A stretch of 64,000 nucleotides of DNA, taken from assembly GCA_012295275.1 (NCBI GenBank), contig CM022679.1, forward strand, positions 17,608,001 to 17,672,000. Reading direction: 5' to 3'. How positions within the stretch are numbered: the stretch's first letter is position 1; the number at the start of each line of letters is the position of its first letter. The position numbers and the translations under genes were made by a program. A model generated the notes under the pieces. It searched no databases. It was not told where the DNA came from and was given only the letters and a program-made list of their open reading frames with translations. Positions 13,211 to 24,733 of the stretch are shown one piece after another. This stretch comes from Chrysomallon squamiferum. Taxonomy: Eukaryota > Animalia > Mollusca.

Positions 13211-14055
13211 GTGTACATTTTCACCCGTATTGGAGATTTCCAAAATTTATTAATATTAAATTATTATTCTATTTTCAATGGTCTGTGTGTATATAATATC
13301 ATTAGTATTATTATCTTTTTTTAAATTTATTTTGAAGACACGAGAGCAAATTGAGAAGTACAACAAGAAAGGAACTCCCGTTGCCGGAATGGCTGTGGAA
13401 CCAATCCAGTGCGAAGGAGGAGATAATCACGCCACTGCGTATTTCTTCCAAGGCTTACAGGACATAGCAAAAGGGGTAGGAATGAATGAATATGTGTTTG
13501 GCGACTAAAAGAAAGTAATGAATGATAACAAAATGGTACACACTGGCGTCTAAATCTTCTGCGAATTAATACAAAAATATACATATTATAACATCTGTTG
13601 TTAAAGAGGAAGTTAAAACCATGTTCTGAATATTTACTGTTTTAGCCTTTTACTTATAATTATTATCATTAGATTACAGTAAACTGTTGAAAAATAATAA
13701 TAATAATAAAACAAAAACAAAAAACGAAGAAAAAAATTAGAAGTTAATTTCCATCTTACATTCACTGAAAAAAAAGTAAGTGTACACAGCTGTTAAAATA
13801 TTACGGATAGTTTTATATGTGTTTCTGTTCTGTAGTACAACATGGGTTTGCTGGTAGACGAAGTTCAGACAGGTTGTGGAGCTACTGGGAAAATGTGGGC
13901 ACATGAACATTGGAATCTTAGAGAATCTCCGGATGTTGTCACATTTGCCAAGAAGATGTTAACTGGCGGGTTTTACTACAAGGACAAATACCGTGTAAAG
14001 GAAGTGAGGAATAATGTTTTAATGGACTAAGATAACAGTAACAGTAACAATATAT

Positions 14056-14113
<58 letters not shown>

Positions 14114-15508
14114 GATGAATGAATAAGTATATATAACTTTTCATAAAAGAAATGGTTAACAAAAATATAAATGTAGATGTACAAATAGGCCTGGACCCTT
14201 TTGTATTCTTGTAACCATAACATATACAGTTTACTGCAGATATATCTTTTGAAAACCGCTGCTAATTTTTGTTCTTGTGAATTCTTTTCTCAAGGGAATG
14301 CGAATTTTCAACACTTGGAATGGTGACCCATCAAAATTGGCGTTGCTAGAAGCATCACTGAACGTCATCAAAGAAGATGATTTAATTAACAGCATGAAAG
14401 ATGTTGGTGACCATATGCAGAAAGGTCTTCGATTCTTACAGGTACCATGAACAATCATCCACATATGCACACACATACGCGCGCGCGCCGATAGATGCCC
14501 CCACATATGTAATCATGTAGGTACATAAATACACTCAACAAAGAGGTTATTTTATATTGTTTGGATGTTAGTAAAAGAAATTAGTATTTGCAAACTGTTA
14601 TTTGCAATATTCCGACAGAACCTGCTTGAAATTTTTTTTTTTTTAAATACTGTTCATTCCTCTAAAAATAGAAATCGAAATCTTTTGTTTTGTACCATCA
14701 AATGCCTATATCGGCTTCAGATACTGTGTATTTGACACTGTTTCGTATATTTCTAATGCAGCAGAAAGACTGACTAATATCAAATATGATATATATTTAT
14801 AAAAATTTCAACAAATTTTCTTTTGAAACATCTTTGTTCGCAGATTTAGATAACAGAATTCCAAATTTAATAAAATAGTTATTTTCATATTATATTGAAA
14901 TATTACAGAATCAATACCCAGGACTGGTGAGGAATGCCAGAGGACTGGGAGCAATGTGTGCTATTGATTTCATTGATGCTGAAACCAGAGACACTGCCAT
15001 ACACAAATTGAGAAATAAAGGTAAGCCAAGCAGGATACAATTTAAGGGCACAATACTGCATTATGCATGTTGTTCTGTATCAGTTTAGTTAATATTCGCC
15101 TTTATAAGCAAAAATGCACATACAAAATGGTATACACAAAAACACACAAGTATTAAACGAGACACATAAAAAGAGAAAAGGATCTATGTACTTGTATACT
15201 TTCCTACGAGGGGATGCTTTTAAAAGATCCCTTGCTGCAAGGCCCCACCTGGTTTCCTTTGACCTGACCCTTATATGTGAAGCCATGTACAGTAGATTTA
15301 AAATATTTTGAGTAAGTCATTAAATGAAAGAGTTCTTTCTTCTTTATAACGAACACAATTCATATGGATATTGTCTATTTCAGGGGTTCATACAGGAGCG
15401 TGTGGACCTGTTGCTATGAGACTGAGGCCGAGTCTGATATTCAAACATCGACATGCAGACATCTTTCTCGATATCTTCGACTCTATCCTCAAACAGCTGC
15501 AGAAGTAG
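7490..15508 (+). CDS. ABAT: 4-aminobutyrate aminotransferase (GABA-T), mitochondrial-type, paralogue A, ~505 aa
   Basis: 13 GT-AG exons: 7490-7553, 8215-8360, 8814-8931, 9547-9596, 9970-10050, 11840-11932, 12151-12277, 12853-13001, 13338-13475, 13836-14003, 14295-14441, 14909-15020, 15384-15508 (1518 nt, in frame, TAG stop). Motifs: [55 protein letters not shown] (PLP lysine), RIFNTW, RLRP. The N-terminus is basic and lacks acidic residues, consistent with a mitochondrial presequence. Confidence 0.96.
9109..9482. mobile_element. hAT-type MITE in ABAT-A intron 3
   Basis: Left TIR cagggctagattaag; right end cttaatccggctctg (reverse complement cagagccggattaag). 8-bp flanks tttatttt / actatttt (6 of 8 match). 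Confidence 0.7.
9722..9763. repeat. (CA)n microsatellite, ABAT-A intron 4
   Basis: Directly visible. Confidence 0.95.
13148..13210. repeat. (ATT)n microsatellite, ABAT-A intron 8
   Basis: Directly visible; explains the poly-Ile ORF 13139..13324. Confidence 0.95.
14057..14108. repeat. (CA)n microsatellite, ABAT-A intron 10
   Basis: Directly visible. Confidence 0.95.
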
Positions 15509-17002
15509 ACTGCGTTTCTTATTATCTGTTTTTATATTTTTGAGAGGCAAAACATGCCATTAGTAGTTAGGATCTTCTTCGAGGATAAAAAACACATTTA
15601 CCTCATATCTCTATTTTATTTTTATTTTATAGCTGTGCTTAAAGTCTGTATACTCAGATTTATAAAACATTCATGTGATTTTTGGTCATATTTTATGGTT
15701 GATACATTATATATTAATCTTTATGATTTGTAATCCCTTGTATTTTTAAAATATTGTGTGTACATGCACGGTGGCAATTCTTTTGGTGATCTAGCAAAAT
15801 CTAACTTAATTATTCTGAATTATCTAAATATTTATTTTACTCTTATGAAAATATACACATTATGTGCATTAGACAAAAATTTATTTCAAATTTCCTTTTG
15901 AAAATGTAGTATTTTAGCATAACTTTCATAAAAAAAAAAAGATTATATGTATGTAATTTTTTAAAATATTTTATTAAAAAATATTTTGATCACTTTAAAT
16001 TAGTGTTTATTTATTAATAATGCATAGTTTATTATGAATACATTACAATATGTAAGGAGTTAAATTTTGCCCTCTGAAATAATGTATGTAACAATATAAA
16101 ACATGAAGAACGACATATTAAATAAAGTATCAGTTTTTCCAAGATATATTTATATTTTTAGTTTTACAAAGACAAATAAATCCGTGTTAGAAATTCGGCT
16201 GAATACCGCGCTGAGTTACGACCAGTTCTGCGACCAGTCAGTATCGTATGCTGTACAAGAACTGCTCGTGGAAACGCGGTGTCTCAGCGTTGAGTATCTC
16301 ATTTCACATTAACCGTTCTCAGTCTGAGGTTCAATCCTGCGGTCGGTCAGTAGTTACTACACTTGAGTTCTCAGTCCCCAAAACTAAATATTTCGTTTAT
16401 AAATTTGTATTTTACTGCGCTCTCCGTAGTACACAATATAATTTTCGTTGATTGTATTTTTATATTCTGAAATAACAAAGGTGTTAATCCGAAGTTTTCT
16501 TTAGGCTTTATCTTTATTAAAAATAATTATAAAAGATAGGTGTATTATTTTATAATATCCAAACCCAGCTAATGTGTACTGTGCATGATTTCCTCTGTTC
16601 TGTATATTCAGTATATAGTGAACATTTAAAGATAGAAAAAAGTGTCATAAATGATACAAAGATGACATGAAAACGATATCAACAGATAGCTGACACAATC
16701 CCGTTACCAGTACAATATGCTTGGACTATCGAGAAGTTCGCTTAACGGCCTGTTCATAGAAACGGAATTCAGTGCTTAAGTGAGGAGTACCTGCAGATTT
16801 TGCAACATACTTTAAAAATTAAATTTATTATTATATTTTATGACTATACGTGATCGGGATTATGCGATTAAATGCGGATGGCAGTTTATGAACAGTGAAA
16901 TCCTTGTCTATGAACGTTTCATTGATATGTTTACTTTAACTTAGCAACGTGTTCAGTTTATTACTGGAAATCACTGACAACTGTATTGTGAAGCAAACAC
17001 TC

Positions 17003-17053
<51 letters not shown>
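17003..17053. repeat. (CG)n(CA)n alternating purine-pyrimidine tract
   Basis: cacgcgcgcgcacacaca... directly visible. Confidence 0.9.
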
Positions 17054-17054
<1 letters not shown>

Positions 17055-17809
17055 AAATGAATATAAATAAATAAAAATACAGAAGAAGAAAAAAAGAAAG
17101 AAAGGGAAAGAAAATAAACACAGCTGAACATATGAAAAACATTTGCGTGCACACGCAGCCATATACTTTTTTTTTAAATGAGATTTTTATTTATTTATTT
17201 ATTTATTTATTTGCTTATCGTGTATTTCAGGAACAGTAACTCGGATACAATCTATTTATACTGTCACTGAGTAAGCAGGCATACTTGGTTGTCTCAAGTG
17301 AATCTGACCAAGAGAGAATCCGCTATATTGAAGTTGTTGTATTAACCGGCTTGATGTGATTGATCGATTGACTGTCACTGATATTGCAATTTCGGTTTTG
17401 GTGTTCTTGTCGTGAAGTTGAATTCTAACAGATTATTGTAGTCTATCATCACTGATGACGAACTTAAGTTCTTGTGCTGTTTATGCTCGTGTAGTATTAA
17501 AATGGAATATTTTAAGAAAATACATACATAAATACATACATAACATATATATATATATTCATACGTAGTTCTGACATACATAGACGCACAATAAGGTGTT
17601 GAACAACAGCTGCAGGAACCTGTATAACGGACAGTGACTATATTTATATTACCGACAAGATAAAAATGCAGATGTTACTAAAGTAGTCACACCATGAAGT
17701 AAGTTGAAAAGTAAATTCGTGACAAAAAACTGGCAGCATAATTATATTTTGGGACCTCATAGTGGACACATCATGAGTATATGTTCACGAAACACAGTCG
17801 CGGTGAAAT

Positions 17810-18340
17810 TCGAAAAGAGTGAGCCCCAGTCTTTTTCTATGAATATGACACAAAATAAATTTAAACTTACATAAACTTAAGTTGATAGGCATGTCTATGA
17901 CAAAAAAACAACAACGGTCCTCTTATACTATGGCACATCATCCAACATACCCAACAATCTCTCTTTGGCATAAAGTCTGCTCTCTGCTTTTGTTCCAATG
18001 TATCATAAAATAGATGTCTCAGCCTGTCTGAAATGTGTTGTCTGTCGTGGACACTCATTTCTCTATCTTTAACAAACTTTAAGATGTATCCAGCATCTTG
18101 ATGAGGTAAATTGTGATGTATTTCCAACGACTGACAGATAAATTAATCAAAGAGATATTATCAATTTAACTTGTAATATCCAACAAAAACAAACTGAAAA
18201 TGAGAACCCAATATGCATTCTTAGATTACAAACAACATATGTGACGTTATCAACTTTTATTAAACTTTCCGGATATCTATATTTACGGAATCCATTCTAA
18301 AAGATCCCTTTTCTTCAATACAGAAGACGACTTCTCGTTA
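17810..18340 (-). mobile_element. Possible highly decayed Penelope-like retroelement 3' fragment
   Basis: Broken minus-strand frames give FRKYRYPESLI, then YIGTKAESRL, then ...LGLN, loosely in the order of a PLE RT C-terminus, GIY-YIG and terminal LN. Weak motif-level evidence only. Confidence 0.3.
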
Positions 18341-19965
18341 ACAAACTTGGAAAGTATAAGCTGTATGATACCAGTTTACTAGAATACAGGGACCATGGAC
18401 AGACAGAACAGGCCAAGTCGATTGTAGTAAGCGCGGGTCATGACTGCAAAGTACGAAGATCCTTTGGTTAAAAAAAAAACACACACACAACCTGTGACAA
18501 TTGCGAAATGCATTTATTTGTCTGATGAACACGAGCTTGAGGAGAGCACTCTGAATAAGCAGGAATGTGCCGTATACCCGCCGACCAGTATTGGCAGAGA
18601 AACTGAACCAAGCTGAACTACTGCCAGACGTGCGATCGTGAAATTGAAAAGTCGTAAATCGTAGGTCGTAATTTATAATAAATATAGTTTTAATATAATT
18701 TTGTTTTGTTATGGATTTTTTATTTTTTGATGTTTGTGTGTATGATTTTTTTTTTCTCGTTTGTTCTCATTTTTAGAGACAGAAATATAATTTTTTTAGC
18801 AACCTATATTTCCGATTAAATATTTTTTAAAAACCGAATAGTTTTTTACCCCGTGAGAGCAAAATAAATCTATTTAATAAATGACTTTACGATTGTACGT
18901 GCTTGTGCATAAGCGGCTAGAAATATGCTCTTTGAAATCAGTTTTATTAAAAAAAACAAAGACTAGGCCTACTGCAAGCATACTCGACTGTTGTTAATAT
19001 CTATACATGTTATGTATGTGTAAATGTATGTTTGTATGTATGTATTTAATATTTTTCTTCTGCATGACATTAATTATGCATTGGTCACGAGATTTGAATT
19101 AAGTAATACAATATCGAAGGATACTAATGATAAGAAAATAAGATAATTTGTTAATATGAAATCTACAGAAGAATCTAGCCTACTAGATGGCTGACCTGAA
19201 GTAAGGAATGAACTGACGTCTTGTTTACGAGACATTAACACAAATATTAAGTATTTATTATTTTGAAGGGAATGTATAAACTGTGACTGACACTTATTTG
19301 AAAAAGTTATAGAATCTTAAACCTTACAGAAGGTGACAATTAAAAAAAATGTACTGCATAAATGTTTCCTTTTTAATTTATTTACTTAGTTTACATTTGT
19401 TGGTAACCGTATTACAACACTTAAAGATTAGCCCAGTTCACGCGCAGACCTAATCGTAAGTCCTACGTATGAAGTGGAACACTGATTCGAGACGAAGTTT
19501 AACTTAATTTCCAATTAACTGTAATCTAGGTACGCTATCCTGTCCGAGCAGAAGAGAGATACAGTCTTTGAAGTTCTATACTAATATCAACATAGTGTAG
19601 ATTCAGTTACAAACAATCATTATGAGGTTTCGGACTTGAAGCTATGACTGCATCCTGTTTATGACTGAGTTAACGGATGGCATATATTACGCACTGATAA
19701 TAATGCAAGGTCAAAAATATGAAACAGTCAATGAGATTAACGAACTGGTTGTTTGTGAATGGGAATAAGCTTCATTAGGGCGGTTCTAAATAAACTAATG
19801 GGAGTTGAAAAAACTGATAATTGGTACTATAACAAAGGCGACATCATCATCAGCAACAATGCATCAATTTTTTTGTTATTATTATCATCATCAACATCAT
19901 TATTATTACTGCTACAATTATTGCTTTTATGATTGTATTAATAGTGGTGGTTTTGGTGACAGGGC

Positions 19966-20103
19966 AGTAGTAGTAGTAGTACTAGTAGTAGTGGTAGAAG
20001 TAGTACTAGTAGTAGTGGTAGAAGTAGTACTAGTAGTAGTGGTAGTAGTAGTAGTAATAGTAATAGTAGCAGTTGTAAACGTAGCAGTATCAGCAACAGC
20101 AGT
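19966..20103. repeat. (GTA)n-derived repeat containing ~2.7 copies of a 24-bp unit (gtactagtagtagtggtagaagta)
   Basis: Directly visible about 260-400 bp upstream of the ABAT-B start; explains the poly-Val ORF 19805..20140. Confidence 0.9.
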
Positions 20104-20366
20104 ATATTTATTTAAACAAGAATCTGAATGTTCATATTAAAAAGTCATTTTTACAAATTATCTAATGTAGAACGCAACACTCCGGAGCCGACCTGCACTG
20201 CTCAAAGTAAAGGTCAGTGGTGTGTAATTTGAGTTGTAGGTTAACACCACGACGCGCACAAGCTGAAGTTTTCAACAACTGCGGACAAGTGGGCACAGAT
20301 CTGCTGAAATCAATACCAGAAACCAGCTGATTCGCGAAACACAAGACCGCAGCATTTATGAAAAAT

Positions 20367-22854
20367 ATGGCCACCCTGAGACACCTGCAACGATTTGCTG
20401 CTGGTACTGTTATTCCACCAAAATTAGGTAAGCAATTGTTTCTTATATGTAGTTAGCATGTCTCTTTTGTTTTATACTCTGGTTTACCATTTGAGGAGCT
20501 GAACTATAATTATGGAGATTTGATATCCTGTTTAGCTCTACTCTATCGACCAGTCAGTTAGAGGGATAAAAACCGTTAGGTTTATGCAGTGAAAGATTAG
20601 TTGAAAAACTAGATGTTTCCCGTAAACTGAAAAGAGCATGATATTTTAATATTATGTATATATTAGAAATATAGTTTCTTAGACAACTACACTTATAATG
20701 TTATTTGAATGCTAAATTAGAATTTATTTACCACGTTTCATTGATTGACATCAAGACAGATATGCTGGAACCAATATGAGAAAGTTCAAATGATTAATTA
20801 ATTAATTTAATTCAAATCATAAGAACGTTTTGTTTGAGGAAAATATTTATCATTATAATAATTTGCATTATATAAACAAATTTACATTTCTGTTTACAAA
20901 ATGTTATCATATTAAACGTAATGTGAAATACAAGTGTTGTATTCATTAATAACAACAACAATAACAACACAGCAATGAAAATGACAAATCGAACAACAGT
21001 TACAACTGTTTTATGAGAATGACAACGCTGATGATAGTTGTATAAATTTAATTACTCGAGTATTACACTAACATCTGTTTCCCGTTCTGTTCCACACAGT
21101 TAAGTATGGAGCCTCTGTACACACTAACCCAGCTGAACCTTCGGGACCTAAAATGAAGACTGACTGCCCAGGACCCGAGTCGCTGAAACTTCTCAAAGAA
21201 TTAGATTCTATTCAGGTATTAATTTTTTATAGATCATTATTGATATTAAATGAAAAATGTTTATAACTGTATTTCATAAATTGTTTCTGCAGAAAATGAA
21301 TTTAAAACTAGCTTGTGTTAAGAGTAATCACTGCAAATGTTGTAGATCAGATGTCAAAACTGAACTTGTAATAATATAGGTTATCTTTAACATTGGATAA
21401 CATAGCAAGCTAGCTATCTGTCTACATATATATCGATATACAAAACACACATATCTACATTCAGATTAAAACAAACACGTGTATAAGTACGTGTTCATAC
21501 CTACATATACTCACACTCACAACTAAACACATATGCAAACATCATCAGGTGCATGTGCTGCATGTCTGATTTATAAAAGACTGTTTTGAGTTTATAGGAA
21601 GATGTAATCGTTGAGGTGACGGTTTCCTTAATTATTATCCAAAATAAATAATTTTTGATGCCTAAAAACAAAACACATATAACACACGTACATACACATA
21701 AACGCGTGCACGAAAATGTACGTTTCAGAGAAATAGAAGAAAAAGAGAAAAGTTTCTGGATTTGTACCAACAACCACCTTTCTATAACAAAAACAAAATA
21801 TGATGTTCTAAAGCCAATAACATTTCTTACGCCATCTGAATTAAAACCGATATAGATACGCTTATATTAACATACTCTCAAATTAAGTCACAGATGTCCA
21901 AACTGATAAAACCTGAAAAAAATATTTCTTAGTGTTTAAACAAGTCAATTGTGTTTAGTTTCATCAGCTTTAGCTTATAACAAATCGATTCTGTTTGAAA
22001 AGTTTAACGAGCTCTCGGTTTCAACGTGGATTAAGAAGATAAAAATAGGCTATGTTAAACTTCCTTTGATTACTGACAGGCGACAGGAATATGTTTCAGA
22101 CTATCGAACGAATTGAACAAGCTGTCCGTTCAGAGGGGTAATTTTTAAAAATCATTTTGGTAGACCAAGGTCTTTCTTGAACGCGATATATTTTAAGATC
22201 GTTAAAATTTGTTAAAATATCAAAATACAATTGCATGGCTGATTAAGCAGAGAAATCCCCCCTTAAAAAAAAAAAAAAAAAAAAAGAATCAGAAGACTCA
22301 AAAGAAGCATTTAACCTGCGTTAAATTAATTTTTCCATAGTGATATTTCACAATTATTAGAATTAGTACATGTCAAAGTTTCAAAGTGCGTTAATTTGGT
22401 AGACAGTAATTGTTCTATTACTTATAAAAAATAATGTATATATTAAAAAAATTATGATTAATGAAAACAGCAACAAAAAAATAAAATAAAATAAAATCAA
22501 CAATCACGACAACAATAGCAACAACAAGAATTACTCTCAAGTTTCAGAGAGTAAATTTAAAAAGTGTATAATAAATTTCGAATTTTAATAAAATCTCGAT
22601 ATCATATGGTATTTGATTTCCTTTTGCAGAATACAGGTGCAACGCAGTTTTTCGTGGATTACGACAGAAGCCAAGGCAACTATGTCGTTGACGCCGATGG
22701 CAATATTTTATTAGATCTTTATACACAAATTGCTTCCTTACCTCTTGGTGAGTTGTCCTTGGAATATTTCAAGTGTTTTTATTACTGATCTAATATAATA
22801 AAAATATTAATCAAATAAAAACGCAAACATACACACACACACATAAACACGTAC

Positions 22855-22926
<72 letters not shown>

Positions 22927-23259
22927 CGAAAAATGCAGATAATATTACTGAAGTTTGCTTCAATTACATGTACATGTGTAATGTAATTATATTTACGAAG
23001 CTTTTATATACAAGATAACGACACTGAATCGACTTGCAGTTCGAATCCTCTGCTTTCAGAAGTGATACATACACTCACGTTTCGTCTTATCACCATACCC
23101 GAATAAACGACATACACCTTATACACACTTTGTATGTTTTGTCTTCACCCTCTAGAAAAATTCCTGCCTTCATTCAAACCTGAAATATGAAGTAAACATA
23201 CGCGTCCGACCTCATCTCTCAGTTCAGAGAATTCTTTACTGTTGTTGTTTACTATATTA

Positions 23260-23298
<39 letters not shown>

Positions 23299-24668
23299 TG
23301 TGTGTGTTTGTGTGCATGTTACGGGTTGTTTTTCCTCACCAGATATATTTTACATTTGAAAATTATACGCATGGGTGTATTAGTTAATTTTCAAAATCGA
23401 TGACCAAAATAATAAACAAATTAACGTTTATTAAATATCGTAGAGACTACACGTGTTTCTGCACTTACCTCCAGTTGTTAGGTCTTTTTTACTTCTACTT
23501 TTTTCTTATTTTATGATAACGTTTCAAACTGTTTGCAGTTTAGCTTACCTTTTTATTTACTGAGTCGTAATCGTAATTAGCCACTTAACCAAAAACAACG
23601 TTTAGAGATTAGTCTCTCCGTGTGCAGTTCGCGAGTTTGTTAACTCTTATGTGATCGTTTACTTTTCACCATATTAATTCTCTGTGAAAATAATGTTGAC
23701 ATGTTTTTGTAATTCACTGCAGGAATGCAAAATATAATTATAACTAGATTAGTATTTTCAGGACCCGATTAAGATAGTGTAGGGCATGTAAGATTAATAG
23801 TAATTTAAAATAAATAAATAAATAAATAAAAAGACACATTGACGTGAATTAAATTATTTGTTTGTTATGTTCTGAAATTGCTACTTGATATATCAGTTTA
23901 AAATAGATAAAAACAAAAACAATAATAAATATAATAAATAAATACCATTCCAAGGAGAATTATTTAGTCAGGTTTCTGCTACAAAGAGTTATTTTCCTGT
24001 CGAATTAAAACGAAGTCGGCTCCGTGTGCAGCATTAAAGATGAAATTTGTTTATGTTTTCTTTTCAGAAAATACACAGTTATCAACGCATTGCTTAGACA
24101 GTTGCGAGAAGTCCAATCCTAAAGTGCGCATTATATAATAAATTCAGAAAAATGATTTGAACGAGATATTAAGGAGATTTAACGACCTGGTATAACGTTG
24201 CCTGAATTGATGAATTTCACCAGACAGCTTTCAAGTATTTAGCACAGAGCTGGATTGCTGATATACTCTTGCTAGTTGGCTAATCCGCTCTGAGTATTTT
24301 TATCAATTTCCGATAGAAAGTCTATTCGAATCCAACGGATAGACGAGATGCCAGCTATCTTCCTTTCTGTTGTTATCATTTAAAATATAGAAAAATTTGG
24401 TGAATGAACTGTAACAGATTATTACGCAAATTGTATTCAATAATCAAAAATGTTATATTGTAGTAATTTAATCCAGATTTCACTTACAAACCTGTCTTGT
24501 TATTTGACGATAATATTTTTGTTGTCTGACAGGTTACAATCATCCAAGTTTGGTCAAAGCAATGTCACGACCAGAAAATCTTGTAAGTAGTTTATTACAA
24601 ATATTTTATGAAGAAATGATGGCTAATACAACTGCAGAAATTGTATGGTTTATGTGTGTATGTATTTA

Positions 24669-24733
<65 letters not shown>

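Noticed and set aside
15206-15275. Mariner-like TACGAGGG start in ABAT-A intron 12
   Set aside because: No matching second TIR found.
19805-20140. 111-aa ORF with poly-His/Tyr and poly-Val segments resembling a membrane peptide
   Set aside because: Translation of trinucleotide microsatellites.
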